Of a DNA stretch of 64,000 bases, positions 1 to 9,053 are shown piece after piece (the stretch's first letter is position 1; every line of letters begins with the position of its first letter). The position numbers and the translations under genes are program-made. Where the stretch lies: assembly GCA_023416135.1 (NCBI GenBank), contig JAEZIF010000296.1, forward strand, positions 10,611 to 74,610. The letters are read 5' to 3'. Source of the DNA: Pseudomonadota bacterium. GTDB taxonomy: Bacteria; Pseudomonadota; Alphaproteobacteria; Reyranellales; Reyranellaceae. The notes below the pieces were generated by a model, which was not told the origin of the DNA, did not search any database, and was given only the letters and a program-made list of their open reading frames with translations.

Positions 1-1055
1 CCAGCCCGACCAAATGGCATCTGGCGCACACGACCTGGTTCTTCGAGACCTTCGTCCTGCGCGCCCATGCGCCTGGCTACCGCGTCTTCGATCCGGCCTA
101 TGAATATCTCTTCAATTCCTACTATGAGGCTGTCGGCCCGCGTCATCCACGTCCCCAGCGCGGCATGCTGACTCGTCCCGGTGTCGCGCAGGTCATGGCC
201 TATCGGCGGCACGTGTCGGACGCCGTGTCGGCATTGCTTGATGGCACCAATCGCGACATCGACGATCTCGTCGAGCTCGGCCTTCATCACGAGCAGCAGC
301 ATCAGGAATTGATTCTGATGGATGCCAAGCACCTGCTGTCGCTCAATCCGCTGAAGCCTGCCTACCGCGTGTCGACGCCGTCACACGGTGTGGCAACGCC
401 GCTGGCGTGGCGCGACTTCGAAGGCGGGCTGGTCGAGATCGGGCATGACGGCGAAGGCTTTGCCTTCGATAACGAAGGACCGCGCCATCGCGTATGGCTG
501 GAGCCGTTTGCGCTCGCCTCGCGGCCGACCAACTGCGGCGAGTATCTCGCCTTCATCGAGGACGGCGGCTACCGCCGGCCGGAGTTCTGGCTGTCGGCAG
601 GCTGGGATTGCGTCAAGCAGCGCGGCTGGACGGCGCCGCTCTATTGGCAGAAGGACGGCGCGAACTGGCGCGTCTTTACGCTGTCGGGGCTGCGGCCGGT
701 CGACATTGCGACGCCGGTCTGTCACCTCAGCGGTTTCGAGGCCGCCGCCTTCGCCAAATGGGCGGGCAAGCGCCTGCCGCGCGAGGCGGAGTGGGAGACG
801 GGAGCCGCTGCGCTCCAGGATGCGGGCATTGTCTGGGAATGGACCGCAAGTCCCTACGTCGCCTATCCCGGCTATCGCGAACCGGCCGGCGCGATCGGCG
901 AATACAACGGCAAGTTCATGGCCAATCAGATGGTGCTGCGCGGTGGCTGCTCGGCGACGCCTGCCGGCCACCTGCGCCCGACCTATCGCAACTTCTTCCC
1001 ACCCGACGCCCGCTGGATGTTCGGCGGCATCCGCCTCGCAGAGGATCTCCGATGA
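1..1055 (+). CDS. egtB: Ergothioneine biosynthesis sulfoxide synthase EgtB (5' end outside window)
   Basis: Frame open from nt 3: SPTKWHLAHTTWFFETF (DinB-like), LGLHHEQQHQEL (metal His), FGE-like domain with GFAFDNEGPRH, GEYNGKFM, RPTYRNFF; ATGA overlap with egtD. Confidence 0.93.
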   Translation, partial: SPTKWHLAHTTWFFETFVLRAHAPGYRVFDPAYEYLFNSYYEAVGPRHPRPQRGMLTRPGVAQVMAYRRHVSDAVSALLDGTNRDIDDLVELGLHHEQQHQELILMDAKHLLSLNPLKPAYRVSTPSHGVATPLAWRDFEGGLVEIGHDGEGFAFDNEGPRHRVWLEPFALASRPTNCGEYLAFIEDGGYRRPEFWLSAGWDCVKQRGWTAPLYWQKDGANWRVFTLSGLRPVDIATPVCHLSGFEAAAFAKWAGKRLPREAEWETGAAALQDAGIVWEWTASPYVAYPGYREPAGAIGEYNGKFMANQMVLRGGCSATPAGHLRPTYRNFFPPDARWMFGGIRLAEDLR

Positions 1056-2023
1056 ACGGCTCGCCTTTGCTTCTCGACCGCGCTGAGTTGGATGACCGCA
1101 GCGAATTCCGGGATGCCGTGCTGGCGGGCCTGGAACGGCGGCCGCGCGCCATTCCGGCCAAATTCCTGTATGACGCGCGCGGCTCGGCTTTGTTCGATGC
1201 GATCTGCGAGTTGCCGGAGTACTACCTGACCCGCACCGAAACCGACATCCTGCGCCGTGCGGCGGACGACATCGCGGCGATGGCGGGCCCCGATTGCGCG
1301 CTGATCGAATATGGCAGCGGATCGAGCGTGAAGTCGCGCTTCCTGATCGAGGCGATGCGCAGTCTTGTCGCCTACGTGCCGGTCGACATCTCGCGCGAGC
1401 ATCTCGATGCGACGGTGGATCGGCTGCGGCGTGACTATCCGACGCTCAGGGTCGAACCGGTCTGCGCGGACTACATGACCTTCGATCGATTGCCTGTCGA
1501 CTTGAGTGCGGCCCGCCGGCGCGTCGGTTTCTTCCCCGGCTCCACCATCGGCAACCTCATGCCCGTCGAGGCCACCTCCTTCCTGCGGCGTGCCCGTGGC
1601 TTGCTGGGCCGCAGCGGCGCCTTGGTACTGGGCGTCGATCTCAAGAAGGATCCGCGGCGACTGCACAACGCCTACAACGATGCGGCCGGCGTCACGGCTC
1701 AGTTCACGCTGAATCTGCTGCGGCGCATGAACCGCGAGCTCGACGCCAATTTCGATCTGTCGGCGTTCACCCACGAAGCCCTCTACAATCCGGATGAGGG
1801 GCGGATAGAAATTTACTTCCGCAGCCTCAGGCCACAGACGGTAGCAGTTGCCGGACGGAGCTTCGCTTTCGGCGAGCACGAGCGCGTGCACACCGAATAT
1901 TCCTACAAGTATGACGATGCAGGTATCGCCGCGTTGGCACGTAGCGCGGACTTCGCCATCGCCCGCACCTGGACCGATTCCGCGCGCCAATTCGCTGTGG
2001 TCTATCTCGTGGCGCAGCCCTGA
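1052..2023 (+). CDS. egtD: L-histidine N-alpha-methyltransferase EgtD
   Basis: IPAKFLYDARGSALFDAICELPEYYLTRTE, EYGSGSSVK, FFPGSTIGN, AYNDAAGVTAQF, HTEYSYKY; ATG 1052 overlaps the egtB stop. Confidence 0.95.
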   Translation: MNGSPLLLDRAELDDRSEFRDAVLAGLERRPRAIPAKFLYDARGSALFDAICELPEYYLTRTETDILRRAADDIAAMAGPDCALIEYGSGSSVKSRFLIEAMRSLVAYVPVDISREHLDATVDRLRRDYPTLRVEPVCADYMTFDRLPVDLSAARRRVGFFPGSTIGNLMPVEATSFLRRARGLLGRSGALVLGVDLKKDPRRLHNAYNDAAGVTAQFTLNLLRRMNRELDANFDLSAFTHEALYNPDEGRIEIYFRSLRPQTVAVAGRSFAFGEHERVHTEYSYKYDDAGIAALARSADFAIARTWTDSARQFAVVYLVAQP

Positions 2024-2024
2024 A

Positions 2025-2130
2025 GCAGGCAGCCCGCCCCCGAGTTTCCTCGGAGACGGGCTATGTGGTCGGGCGGGGAGAGTGGCATCGCTGAGCGGGG
2101 GCAGGGCGATACCGATACCCAACCAATGCA
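2025..2130 (-). ncRNA. Candidate small RNA with C-rich loops, ECF-type promoter and terminal hairpin
   Basis: Minus strand: outer stem GGUUGGGU/GCCCGACC, inner stem GGUAUCGC/GCGAUGCC with C-rich loop, then a 14-bp stem with GAAA tetraloop; the G-U pairs work only on the minus strand. Confidence 0.5.
2031..2062 (-). terminator. 14-bp GNRA-capped hairpin between egtD and the convergent unit
   Basis: Minus strand AGCCCGTCTCCGAG-GAAA-CTCGGGGGCGGGCT; U-tract weak. Confidence 0.55.
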
Positions 2131-2135
2131 TTCTC

Positions 2136-2161
2136 AACGAAGTCCGGATCGGAAAAGTTGC
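2136..2161 (-). promoter_or_regulatory. EcfG/SigT-like ECF sigma promoter
   Basis: Minus strand GCAAC-N17-CGTT versus consensus GGAAC-N16/17-CGTT (one mismatch). Confidence 0.45.
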
Positions 2162-2190
2162 GACACTTGTTCGAAAAACTTATCCAGAAG

Positions 2191-2436
2191 CTAAGTCACT
2201 GATTCGATGGATTCTTGTTCCCTAAGCTTGGCGGTGAGCGCTCGGTGCAGGGCATCGTCGCGGATTTTAGGCAGCATCCGCCGGAGCATTTCCGCATGAG
2301 GTCGGCCGGCGCCCTCGGCATCGGCCAGCTCTGCCAGGAAGGCAGCAATCTCCTCCCGGCTGGCGAATCCCATGTAGACATCGTCAGCTTCATTGGCGCT
2401 GCAGGTAGGTGAGGCGAAATCCTTCGGTTCGCTCAT
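2191..2436 (-). CDS. Small protein resembling an internally shortened DUF6306 (ferritin-like) protein
   Basis: SPTCSANEADDVYMGFASREEIAAFLAELADAEGAG joined directly to MLRRMLPKIRDDALH; family recalled from memory. Confidence 0.55.
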   Translation of the reverse strand: MSEPKDFASPTCSANEADDVYMGFASREEIAAFLAELADAEGAGRPHAEMLRRMLPKIRDDALHRALTAKLREQESIESVT

Positions 2437-2449
2437 GTACAGAGTTCTT

Positions 2450-3577
2450 TCAGGCAGGATGCCACCAACGGCCCGCCAGCACTACGCCAGCCGAAAGAAG
2501 CCGCTTGTTCCCCATCATGCGCTCGCCGATCGAATCGGCGTAGTCGAAGCTTCCGCTTACTTCCTCGATTACCGTGGCCTCGCCGACACCGCCCGTCTTC
2601 AACGTTCCGAGGTCAGGACGGTTGATGGAGGCCGCGGCGTTGCCAGTCGACAGCTTGATCACGGTCGGCAGTTCGACGCCCAGGCACAGGAACTTGGACA
2701 TCGTCGTCAAGAGATCGAATGCCGGACCTTCGATAGAGATGACATGGACATCCGACGAAATGACATCGGGCAGGAACCCCGCCGCCAGCATGGCGCGCGT
2801 GGTGCCGAAGCCAAACGAGCCGCCGCCATGGCCGATGTCGAAGATCACGCCGCGTGCGCGGGCCGCCAGGATCTCCTCGCGCACCCTGCCGTCGGGGCGT
2901 ACCGGCGCGTTGGGGAAGGGGCGGAAGCAGTGTGTGAGGATGTCGCCCGGCCGCAGCCGGTCGACGACCTCGCGGCGCGCCGGCGGCGGGTTGTCGAGAT
3001 GGGCCATCACCGGCAGGCCGAGCTCCTCGGCGACGTCGAGGGCGATGTCGAGCGGCTTGACGCCTGAATCGCCGCTGGCCGAGCGCCCGACGCGCACCTT
3101 GATGCCGAGCACCAGGTCCTTGTGCTCACGCGCCACGCGCACCGCCTCGCGCGCATCGATCAGGCGCATGTCCGAGTTCTCGCCGACCATCACGCTTTTG
3201 GAGAACGCGAAGATGCCCGGGAAGGCGATGTTGAGATAGGGCAGGATGCGGACCGGTGAGGGCTCGATCACGTGCCTGCGAAAGCCGTGGAAGTTGCCGG
3301 GGCCGGCGCTGCCGGCATCGATGAAGGTCGTGACGCCGCCCGTCCGTGCGACCAGCTCGGCCTCCACGCCGAGCGACGTGCCGCCCCAGTAGACGTGGGT
3401 GTGCAGGTCGATGAGGCCGGGCGAGACGATCTTGCCCGCGACGTTGCGGACGTCCTTGCCCGCGAGGTTGTCGCCGATTGCCGCCACCTTGCCGTTTGCA
3501 AAGGCGATGTCGGTCACCTTGTCGAGACCTTGCGAAGGATCGACCACCCGGCCGCCTTTCAACACCAGATCGTTCAT
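2450..3577 (-). CDS. Amidohydrolase/deacetylase family metallohydrolase (dihydroorotase-like)
   Basis: LVLKGGRVVDP, PGLIDLHTHV (HxH), GVTTFIDAGSAG, GDILTHCF, DIGHGGGSF, ISSDVH. Confidence 0.9.
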   Translation of the reverse strand: MNDLVLKGGRVVDPSQGLDKVTDIAFANGKVAAIGDNLAGKDVRNVAGKIVSPGLIDLHTHVYWGGTSLGVEAELVARTGGVTTFIDAGSAGPGNFHGFRRHVIEPSPVRILPYLNIAFPGIFAFSKSVMVGENSDMRLIDAREAVRVAREHKDLVLGIKVRVGRSASGDSGVKPLDIALDVAEELGLPVMAHLDNPPPARREVVDRLRPGDILTHCFRPFPNAPVRPDGRVREEILAARARGVIFDIGHGGGSFGFGTTRAMLAAGFLPDVISSDVHVISIEGPAFDLLTTMSKFLCLGVELPTVIKLSTGNAAASINRPDLGTLKTGGVGEATVIEEVSGSFDYADSIGERMMGNKRLLSAGVVLAGRWWHPA

Positions 3578-3616
3578 TCCGTTTACCTTGCTTCCTTCAC
3601 GCTGTTCCCGGACGCT

Positions 3617-4834
3617 TTATCGCACCCGGCCCATGGTCTTCGCCAGCGCGCCGGCGCGGGGCAGGGATACGCTTTCGAGACCGAGCCAGTCGGCCATGAG
3701 GCGCAGCTCTTGGCGCAGTGGTCCTGCGACTTGGGTGGCGTCCTCGCCCTCTTCGAGATGCGCGGTGTGGACGAGCAGCTTCGAATTGGCGCGGTCGGCC
3801 TTGAGATCGACGCGCCCCACCAGCCGGTCGCCCAGCAGGAACGGCAGCACGTAATAGCCGTGCGTGCGGTTGGCGGCCGGTGTGTAGATCCCAATGCGGT
3901 AGAAGAAATTCCAGATGCGATGGGTGCGTTGGCGCTCCCAGATCAGCGGGTCGAACGGCGCCAGCAGGGCACGCGCCTCGACCTTGCGCGGCTGGCGCGC
4001 AGCGGGATGAAGCCAGGCCGGCCGGCTCCAACCTTCGACCTCGACCGGCAGCAGATCTCCCGCCTCGACCAGCTCGGCAATCCGAGTCTTGGTGTCGGCG
4101 ACGCCCAGGCGAAAATAGTCGCGCAGGTCGAATTCGGTAGCGACGCCCAGCGCCTCGGCCGACCGCCGCAGGAGCTCGCGCTGCGCCTCTTCGGCAGACG
4201 GCGTGGGCAGCGCCAGCACTGCGGCCGGCAGCACGCGCTCGGTGAGGTCGTATACACGCTCGAAGGTGCCGCGCCGCGTCGCGGTGGTGACGAGTCCCGC
4301 AAAGAACAGCCATTCGACGGCGAGCTTGCCGTCGTTCCAGCCCCACCACGCGCCGCGCCGTTCGCCGCCGTTGGACAGTTCGGACGCCGCGAGCGGACCG
4401 CGGTCGGCGATCTCGCGCAGCACCTCGTCGATGTACTTCGCCTTCTCATTCCGGAAGAGATGCAGCTTGCCCTTGCCGTCGCCGGCATTCTCGCGGGCCC
4501 GCTGCATGCGCCAGCGAAAAAGCGGATGAGCCGACAGCGGCAGCAGCGAGGCCTCGTGCGCCCAGAATTCGAACAGCCCGCGCTGGCTCTTGCGACCCCA
4601 GGCGATGCGGTCGAGATTGTCGCTGGCGTAGTTCCCCAGTCGCGAGAACAGGGGCAGATAGTGCGCCCTGGTCAGCACATTCACCGAATCGATCTGGAGG
4701 AGACCCAGCCGGTCGACGGCGCGCTTGACGTGGCCGGCATTCAGCGGCCCGTCGGGGCGCGCATTACCGAAGCCTTGAGCGGCCAAGGCGATGCGCCTCG
4801 CACGCGCTGCGGAAAGAGACAGCGGCCTGCTCAT
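3617..4834 (-). CDS. ycaQ: YcaQ/AlkZ-family (HTH_42) crosslink-repair DNA glycosylase
   Basis: LLQIDSVNVLTRAHYLPLFSRLG (QxD), FEFWAHEAS, LLAPFDPLIWER, HGYYVLPFLLGDRLVGRVDLKADR. Confidence 0.85.
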   Translation of the reverse strand: MSRPLSLSAARARRIALAAQGFGNARPDGPLNAGHVKRAVDRLGLLQIDSVNVLTRAHYLPLFSRLGNYASDNLDRIAWGRKSQRGLFEFWAHEASLLPLSAHPLFRWRMQRARENAGDGKGKLHLFRNEKAKYIDEVLREIADRGPLAASELSNGGERRGAWWGWNDGKLAVEWLFFAGLVTTATRRGTFERVYDLTERVLPAAVLALPTPSAEEAQRELLRRSAEALGVATEFDLRDYFRLGVADTKTRIAELVEAGDLLPVEVEGWSRPAWLHPAARQPRKVEARALLAPFDPLIWERQRTHRIWNFFYRIGIYTPAANRTHGYYVLPFLLGDRLVGRVDLKADRANSKLLVHTAHLEEGEDATQVAGPLRQELRLMADWLGLESVSLPRAGALAKTMGRVR

Positions 4835-4963
4835 CTAGGCGCTTCGGCGAGACAGAGAAGCTTGCGAGACACGATGCGACAGTAGTCCAAACGGCGAGGT
4901 GCCTACCATTGGGATAAGCTTTTGGGAGTGCGGTCCCCCGGCCCCGCGCTCCGGCAAGGATGA

Positions 4964-5227
4964 CTATCGAGCCTCGATGCGGGCGATCGCCTTCTTCACC
5001 GCTTCGGCCTGCCGGTTCGAGATGTGGCCGTTGGCCTTGAACTCGGCGGTGACCTTGCGCAGGAACGGGCTCTTGTCGGCCAGCGCCTCGGCGCGCGTCA
5101 TCAGCACTTCGTGGATATGGGCAGGACCGCGTTGACGCGCCGCTGCTCGGGCGCGGTAGATGCGGATGGCGACGGCCACCACCATCGCCGCTCCGGCCGC
5201 GATCAGGATCTCCGTCCACTGGATCAT
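4964..5227 (-). CDS. Small hypothetical protein with N-terminal membrane anchor
   Basis: Hydrophobic ILIAAGAAMVVAVAI, host-like codon usage, ATGA overlap with the upstream ORF. Confidence 0.7.
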   Translation of the reverse strand: MIQWTEILIAAGAAMVVAVAIRIYRARAAARQRGPAHIHEVLMTRAEALADKSPFLRKVTAEFKANGHISNRQAEAVKKAIARIEAR

Positions 5228-5832
5228 CGACTATGCCCTGTGATGCGGCCGATCAGCTTGGGCGCCGCGCTCTGGCACGTCTTCAGCCGGACGACGCCGC
5301 AGTGCGACGCCGGCCTGCGACCCGAACCGCCGCCGTCGGTGCCGAGCGCGATGGGCGTGAAGCCCGCGGCGAGAGCGGCCGCCGCCCCACCCGAAGAGCC
5401 GCCGGGCGTCGGCGCTGGATTCATCGGATGGCGCGAGGGGCCGTAGACCTTGTTCTCGGTATGGCCCTTGGCCGCCATCTCCGGCGTGTTGGTCATGCCG
5501 ATGAAGACGCGGCCCGCAGCCTTCAGCCGCTCTACCGCGACCGCATGGCGCGGGGGCCTGAAATCCTTCCAGAGCAGGGAGCCGTTGGTGACGCCCCGAC
5601 CCTGCGCCCAGGTCGTGTCCTTGACGGTGTAGGGCACCCAGGATCGGCCCATCGAAGCCCTGCTTGCGGCGGGCGTCGACGCCATCGGCCGCGGGTCGAC
5701 GATCGCGGTGATCGCCCGGTTCTTCGCCTCGACGCGCGCGATGGCCGCTTCGGCCACCGCCCGGGTGCTCGTTTTGCCGGCGCGGACGGCCGATGCGATG
5801 GCTCCTGCGCCCTGGTCCAGCAAATCGGTCAT
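5224..5832 (-). pseudogene. Truncated amidase-signature family gene
   Basis: VPYTVKD, TNTPEM, TPGGSSGGAAAA, LGTDGGGSGRRPA, but only 202 aa; the segment ADGVDARRKQGFDGPILG lies in another frame (about 5637-5690). Confidence 0.8.
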
Positions 5833-5938
5833 AGCTTTGTCATACCTACTAGGACCGTGCCGTTCCAGACTGCCGGGCAAGCCGTTGCGGACCGCCGTTC
5901 CGACGGTCGGATTTGAACGTGAAGGGAGCGGAGCGAAC

Positions 5939-6427
5939 ATGCCGGCGCCGCGGCTGCTGGAAGGCCTCAGGGTCTTGGTTGTCGAGGACAATCTCCTGTT
6001 GGCCGAAGTCACCAGGCTTCTGCTGGAGGATAGCGGCTGTGTGATCGTCGGCCCGGCCGGCCGACTTCATCGCGGCCTCAAATTGGCACGGGATGAGGTA
6101 ATCGACGGAGCGATCCTCGACATCAACCTTCACGGCGAGATGAGCTTCCCCATCGCCGAGGTGCTGAGCGCGCGGGGAGTGCCGTTCGTCTTCGTTACCG
6201 GATACGACGATCGCAATATCGTTCCGATCGCCTTACGCTCGGCGCGACGCCTCGACAAGCCGGTCACCGATGACCAACTGCTCGAGGCGATGATTGCGAC
6301 CTTCGCCGAAAAGGGCGCCGTAAATGACCCACAGGTGGACATGATACTGTCGGCGGGGAATGCCGCTGGAGAGCGATCTCTACGCGCCGGTGAAGGCGCT
6401 GCTCGAGGGACAAGGATACGTCGTTAA
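5939..6427 (+). CDS. Single-domain response regulator, FATGUY (SdrG/MrrA-like) type
   Basis: RVLVVEDN, AILDINLHG, VPFVFVTGY, LDKP; the 3' tail overlaps the next gene by 68 nt. Confidence 0.85.
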   Translation: MPAPRLLEGLRVLVVEDNLLLAEVTRLLLEDSGCVIVGPAGRLHRGLKLARDEVIDGAILDINLHGEMSFPIAEVLSARGVPFVFVTGYDDRNIVPIALRSARRLDKPVTDDQLLEAMIATFAEKGAVNDPQVDMILSAGNAAGERSLRAGEGAARGTRIRR

Positions 6428-7016
6428 AGGCGAGGTGCGCGGCTGCGACGTGGTCGGCGTGCGCGACGATGAGCCGCCGGTAATCGTCGAGTTGAAGCGC
6501 GTCTTCAGCCTGGGGCTGGTGCTGCAGGGCATCGACCGCCTGGCGCTCAGCGACCGTGTATATCTCGCGGTCGGCCAGTGGCCCAAGCAGGTGAAGAACG
6601 TGAAGAAGCTCTGCCGCCGCCTGGGTCTCGGGCTGCTGGTCGTGGCGCACGAGCGGGCGGACGTCGTGCTCGATCCGCAGCCCTACAAGCCCCGCCCCAA
6701 CAAGCGCAAGGCGGGCCGGCTTCTCGGCGAGCATAGCCGCCGTGTCGGCGATCCCAATCTCGGCGGCAGCGCCATGCGCGCGCCGCTCATGACGGCCTAT
6801 CGCCAGGAGGCTTTGCGCTGCGCGGCGTTGCTCGCCGACAACGGGCCGATGGCACCCAAGGCCATGCGTGCGGTCGCCGACGTGCCCAACGTCGCCAAGA
6901 TCCTGCGGCACGACCACTATGGGTGGTTCGAGCGGGTCGAGCGCGGCGTCTACGCCCTGACGCCGCGGGGCCGTACCGGACTTGAGGCGTTTGCCGTCAG
7001 GACGCCATCGAAGTGA
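6360..7016 (+). CDS. DUF2161 family putative PD-(D/E)XK phosphodiesterase
   Basis: ESDLYAPVKALLEGQGYVVKGEV, VIVELK, GDPNLGGS, MTAYRQEALRCA, HYGWFERVERGVYALT. Confidence 0.85.
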   Translation: MPLESDLYAPVKALLEGQGYVVKGEVRGCDVVGVRDDEPPVIVELKRVFSLGLVLQGIDRLALSDRVYLAVGQWPKQVKNVKKLCRRLGLGLLVVAHERADVVLDPQPYKPRPNKRKAGRLLGEHSRRVGDPNLGGSAMRAPLMTAYRQEALRCAALLADNGPMAPKAMRAVADVPNVAKILRHDHYGWFERVERGVYALTPRGRTGLEAFAVRTPSK

Positions 7017-7945
7017 ACACGCGCAATTTGAAGACGTTGGCAAAGCGCGGATGGCATCGCGCATTCGGGCTGTTGCAGCGCGCCGGCGTCAACCTCCTGC
7101 CTCAACACTTCTATTCCTGTGTTCCGGATCTTGGCGATCTCGGCCGGCGCAACGACTGGCGACGGCCGCGCACGATGTTCGGCATCAACCAGCGCGGAAT
7201 CGACGGACAGCTGGCGCTGCTCGGCGAATGGATCATGCCGCAACGCGAACACCTGCGATCCCGTTCCATCCACCAGGATGCCCTTGTCGGCGGCGGCGGC
7301 GACGGGGGCTACGGGGAGATCGAAGCCGATGTGCTGTTCGCCTTCGTCGCCACCCGCATGCCGCGGCGCATCATCCAGATCGGCTGCGGCGTCAGCACGG
7401 CCGCGATGCTGATGGCGGCGGAAACGGCCGGCTATTCGCCGGAGATCATCTGTATCGAGCCCTATCCCAGTGCCTGGCTGCGCGATGCCTCGACCAAAGG
7501 GTCGATCCGGCTCGTCGCCCAGCCTGCCCAGGTCGTCGACTTCGATGTCATCGCCGATCTCGGCGACGGCGACCTTCTGTTCATCGATTCGACGCATGCC
7601 GTGAAGCCGGGCAGCGAGGTGAACTACCTGATCCACGAGGTGCTGCCCAGACTGCGCGCCGGCGTTTGGGTGCACTTCCACGACATCTACTTTCCGTACG
7701 ACTACACGCGCGACGTGCTCGACGGCGACCTGTTCTTTCCGCAGGAGAGCACGCTGCTCCACGCCTTTCTCACGGGCAATACACGCTATCGCATGGAAGT
7801 GAGTCTCAGCATGGTCCACTATGCTGCGGCGCAAGGGTTGCAGAGACTCATTCCAAAATATCGCCCGGGAACCCAGAGCGACGGGTTGCGCGGACCGGGC
7901 AATGGGCACTTCCCCAGCTCGGCCTGGCTGAGCGTCGCCATGTGA
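7013..7945 (+). CDS. Class I SAM-dependent methyltransferase (Methyltransf_24-like)
   Basis: PRRIIQIGCGVST, CIEPYP, DLLFIDSTH, VHFHDIYFPYDY; GTGA overlap with DUF2161. Confidence 0.85.
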   Translation: MNTRNLKTLAKRGWHRAFGLLQRAGVNLLPQHFYSCVPDLGDLGRRNDWRRPRTMFGINQRGIDGQLALLGEWIMPQREHLRSRSIHQDALVGGGGDGGYGEIEADVLFAFVATRMPRRIIQIGCGVSTAAMLMAAETAGYSPEIICIEPYPSAWLRDASTKGSIRLVAQPAQVVDFDVIADLGDGDLLFIDSTHAVKPGSEVNYLIHEVLPRLRAGVWVHFHDIYFPYDYTRDVLDGDLFFPQESTLLHAFLTGNTRYRMEVSLSMVHYAAAQGLQRLIPKYRPGTQSDGLRGPGNGHFPSSAWLSVAM

Positions 7946-7951
7946 CTATGA

Positions 7952-8150
7952 CGACCCATTCGCATGGATGGAGGTTACCTGCCTGGCGCCGGGTGGGCTG
8001 AGTTCGACCCGACCAGCGGATTGATCGCCACCGAGCGGCTGATCCGAGCGGCCGTGCGGTCGGGACTCGGACCAGGCCATGCCGATCAAAGGCACTTTCA
8101 CCGGTGCCCCGACGTCGTCGTGAAGGCGATGGTCGATGTCCAAGCACACG
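7952..8150 (+). pseudogene. Frameshifted C-terminal remnant of a transglutaminase-family gene
   Basis: Across frames: TH-WMEV-YLPGAGWAEFDPTSGLIATERLIR-RDSDQAMPIKGTFTGAP; N-terminal part absent. Confidence 0.75.
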
Positions 8151-8354
8151 CGCTTGTCGACGATCAGCCGGCACCAGCCTCGGCGGCTGCGCCTGTGGCG
8201 CAGAAGGAAACCCAGTGCCCGCGAGTCCTGTGCCAAGCAAGGGCACTTGATCGCACCCCCGGCTTTGATGCGCATTGAACAATAATCTCATGTAAGATGC
8301 GATTAATCGGGTGTATTCCGACACCCAACGAATGGCCATGAAAGACCGACCGCC

Positions 8355-9053
8355 TTGAATGCGATGACCTGGATGCTGCGCGGGCTTCTCGGCGTTGGCG
8401 GGGCGGTCCTCGCCTTCGTCGCATGGCCGGTGGCAAACGGCGCCTGGCAGGCCCAGAAGGCGGATGCCGCGTTCTTTCATTTTCGCACCGGCGAACGGGT
8501 GAGTCTCGCCGAGGCCGAGGCTGCCATAGCGACACTGGATCGTGCCGTCGCCGCCGATCCGGTCGCCGGTCGGCGACTGGGGCGGGCCGAGATGCTTCTG
8601 GCCGCCGCGCTGACGGCAAACCTTGGGGCGAGCGAGGAGCAGCGCTCGACATGGCTGAAGCAGTCGCAGGCCGATCTCGAATTCGGGCTGGCTAATGCGC
8701 CGGCACGCGGCGTTGCGTGGGCCCAGCTCGCCGCGGCCCGACAGGCGACCGACGGACCGTCGGCCAAGACGGTCGCGGCGCTGATGATGTCGATCGACAC
8801 GGCGCCGATGATGGAGGTGCTTTGGCCGAGCCGATTGCGGCTCATCCTCGACAATTGGCAGTTCTTCACGCCGGAGGAGCGCCAGCGCATCGGTGCCCAT
8901 GTCTTGGCGAACTGGCGTGCAAGCAGCGACAGGCGCTGGATTGCCGAGGTCATTCGTTCGCCGCTCGACGAACTCTTCGTCCGCTACTTCCTGCGTGACG
9001 AGCCGGGTGCCCAACAGGAACTGACACAATGGCTCGCGCGCCCGAAGAAGTAG
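8355..9053 (+). CDS. Hypothetical membrane-anchored helical (TPR-like) protein
   Basis: N-terminal TM segment; Ala-rich helical repeats (LDRAVAADP, GLANAPARGVAWAQLA); TTG 8355 or ATG 8364 start; overlaps the ligase gene. Confidence 0.75.
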   Translation: MNAMTWMLRGLLGVGGAVLAFVAWPVANGAWQAQKADAAFFHFRTGERVSLAEAEAAIATLDRAVAADPVAGRRLGRAEMLLAAALTANLGASEEQRSTWLKQSQADLEFGLANAPARGVAWAQLAAARQATDGPSAKTVAALMMSIDTAPMMEVLWPSRLRLILDNWQFFTPEERQRIGAHVLANWRASSDRRWIAEVIRSPLDELFVRYFLRDEPGAQQELTQWLARPKK

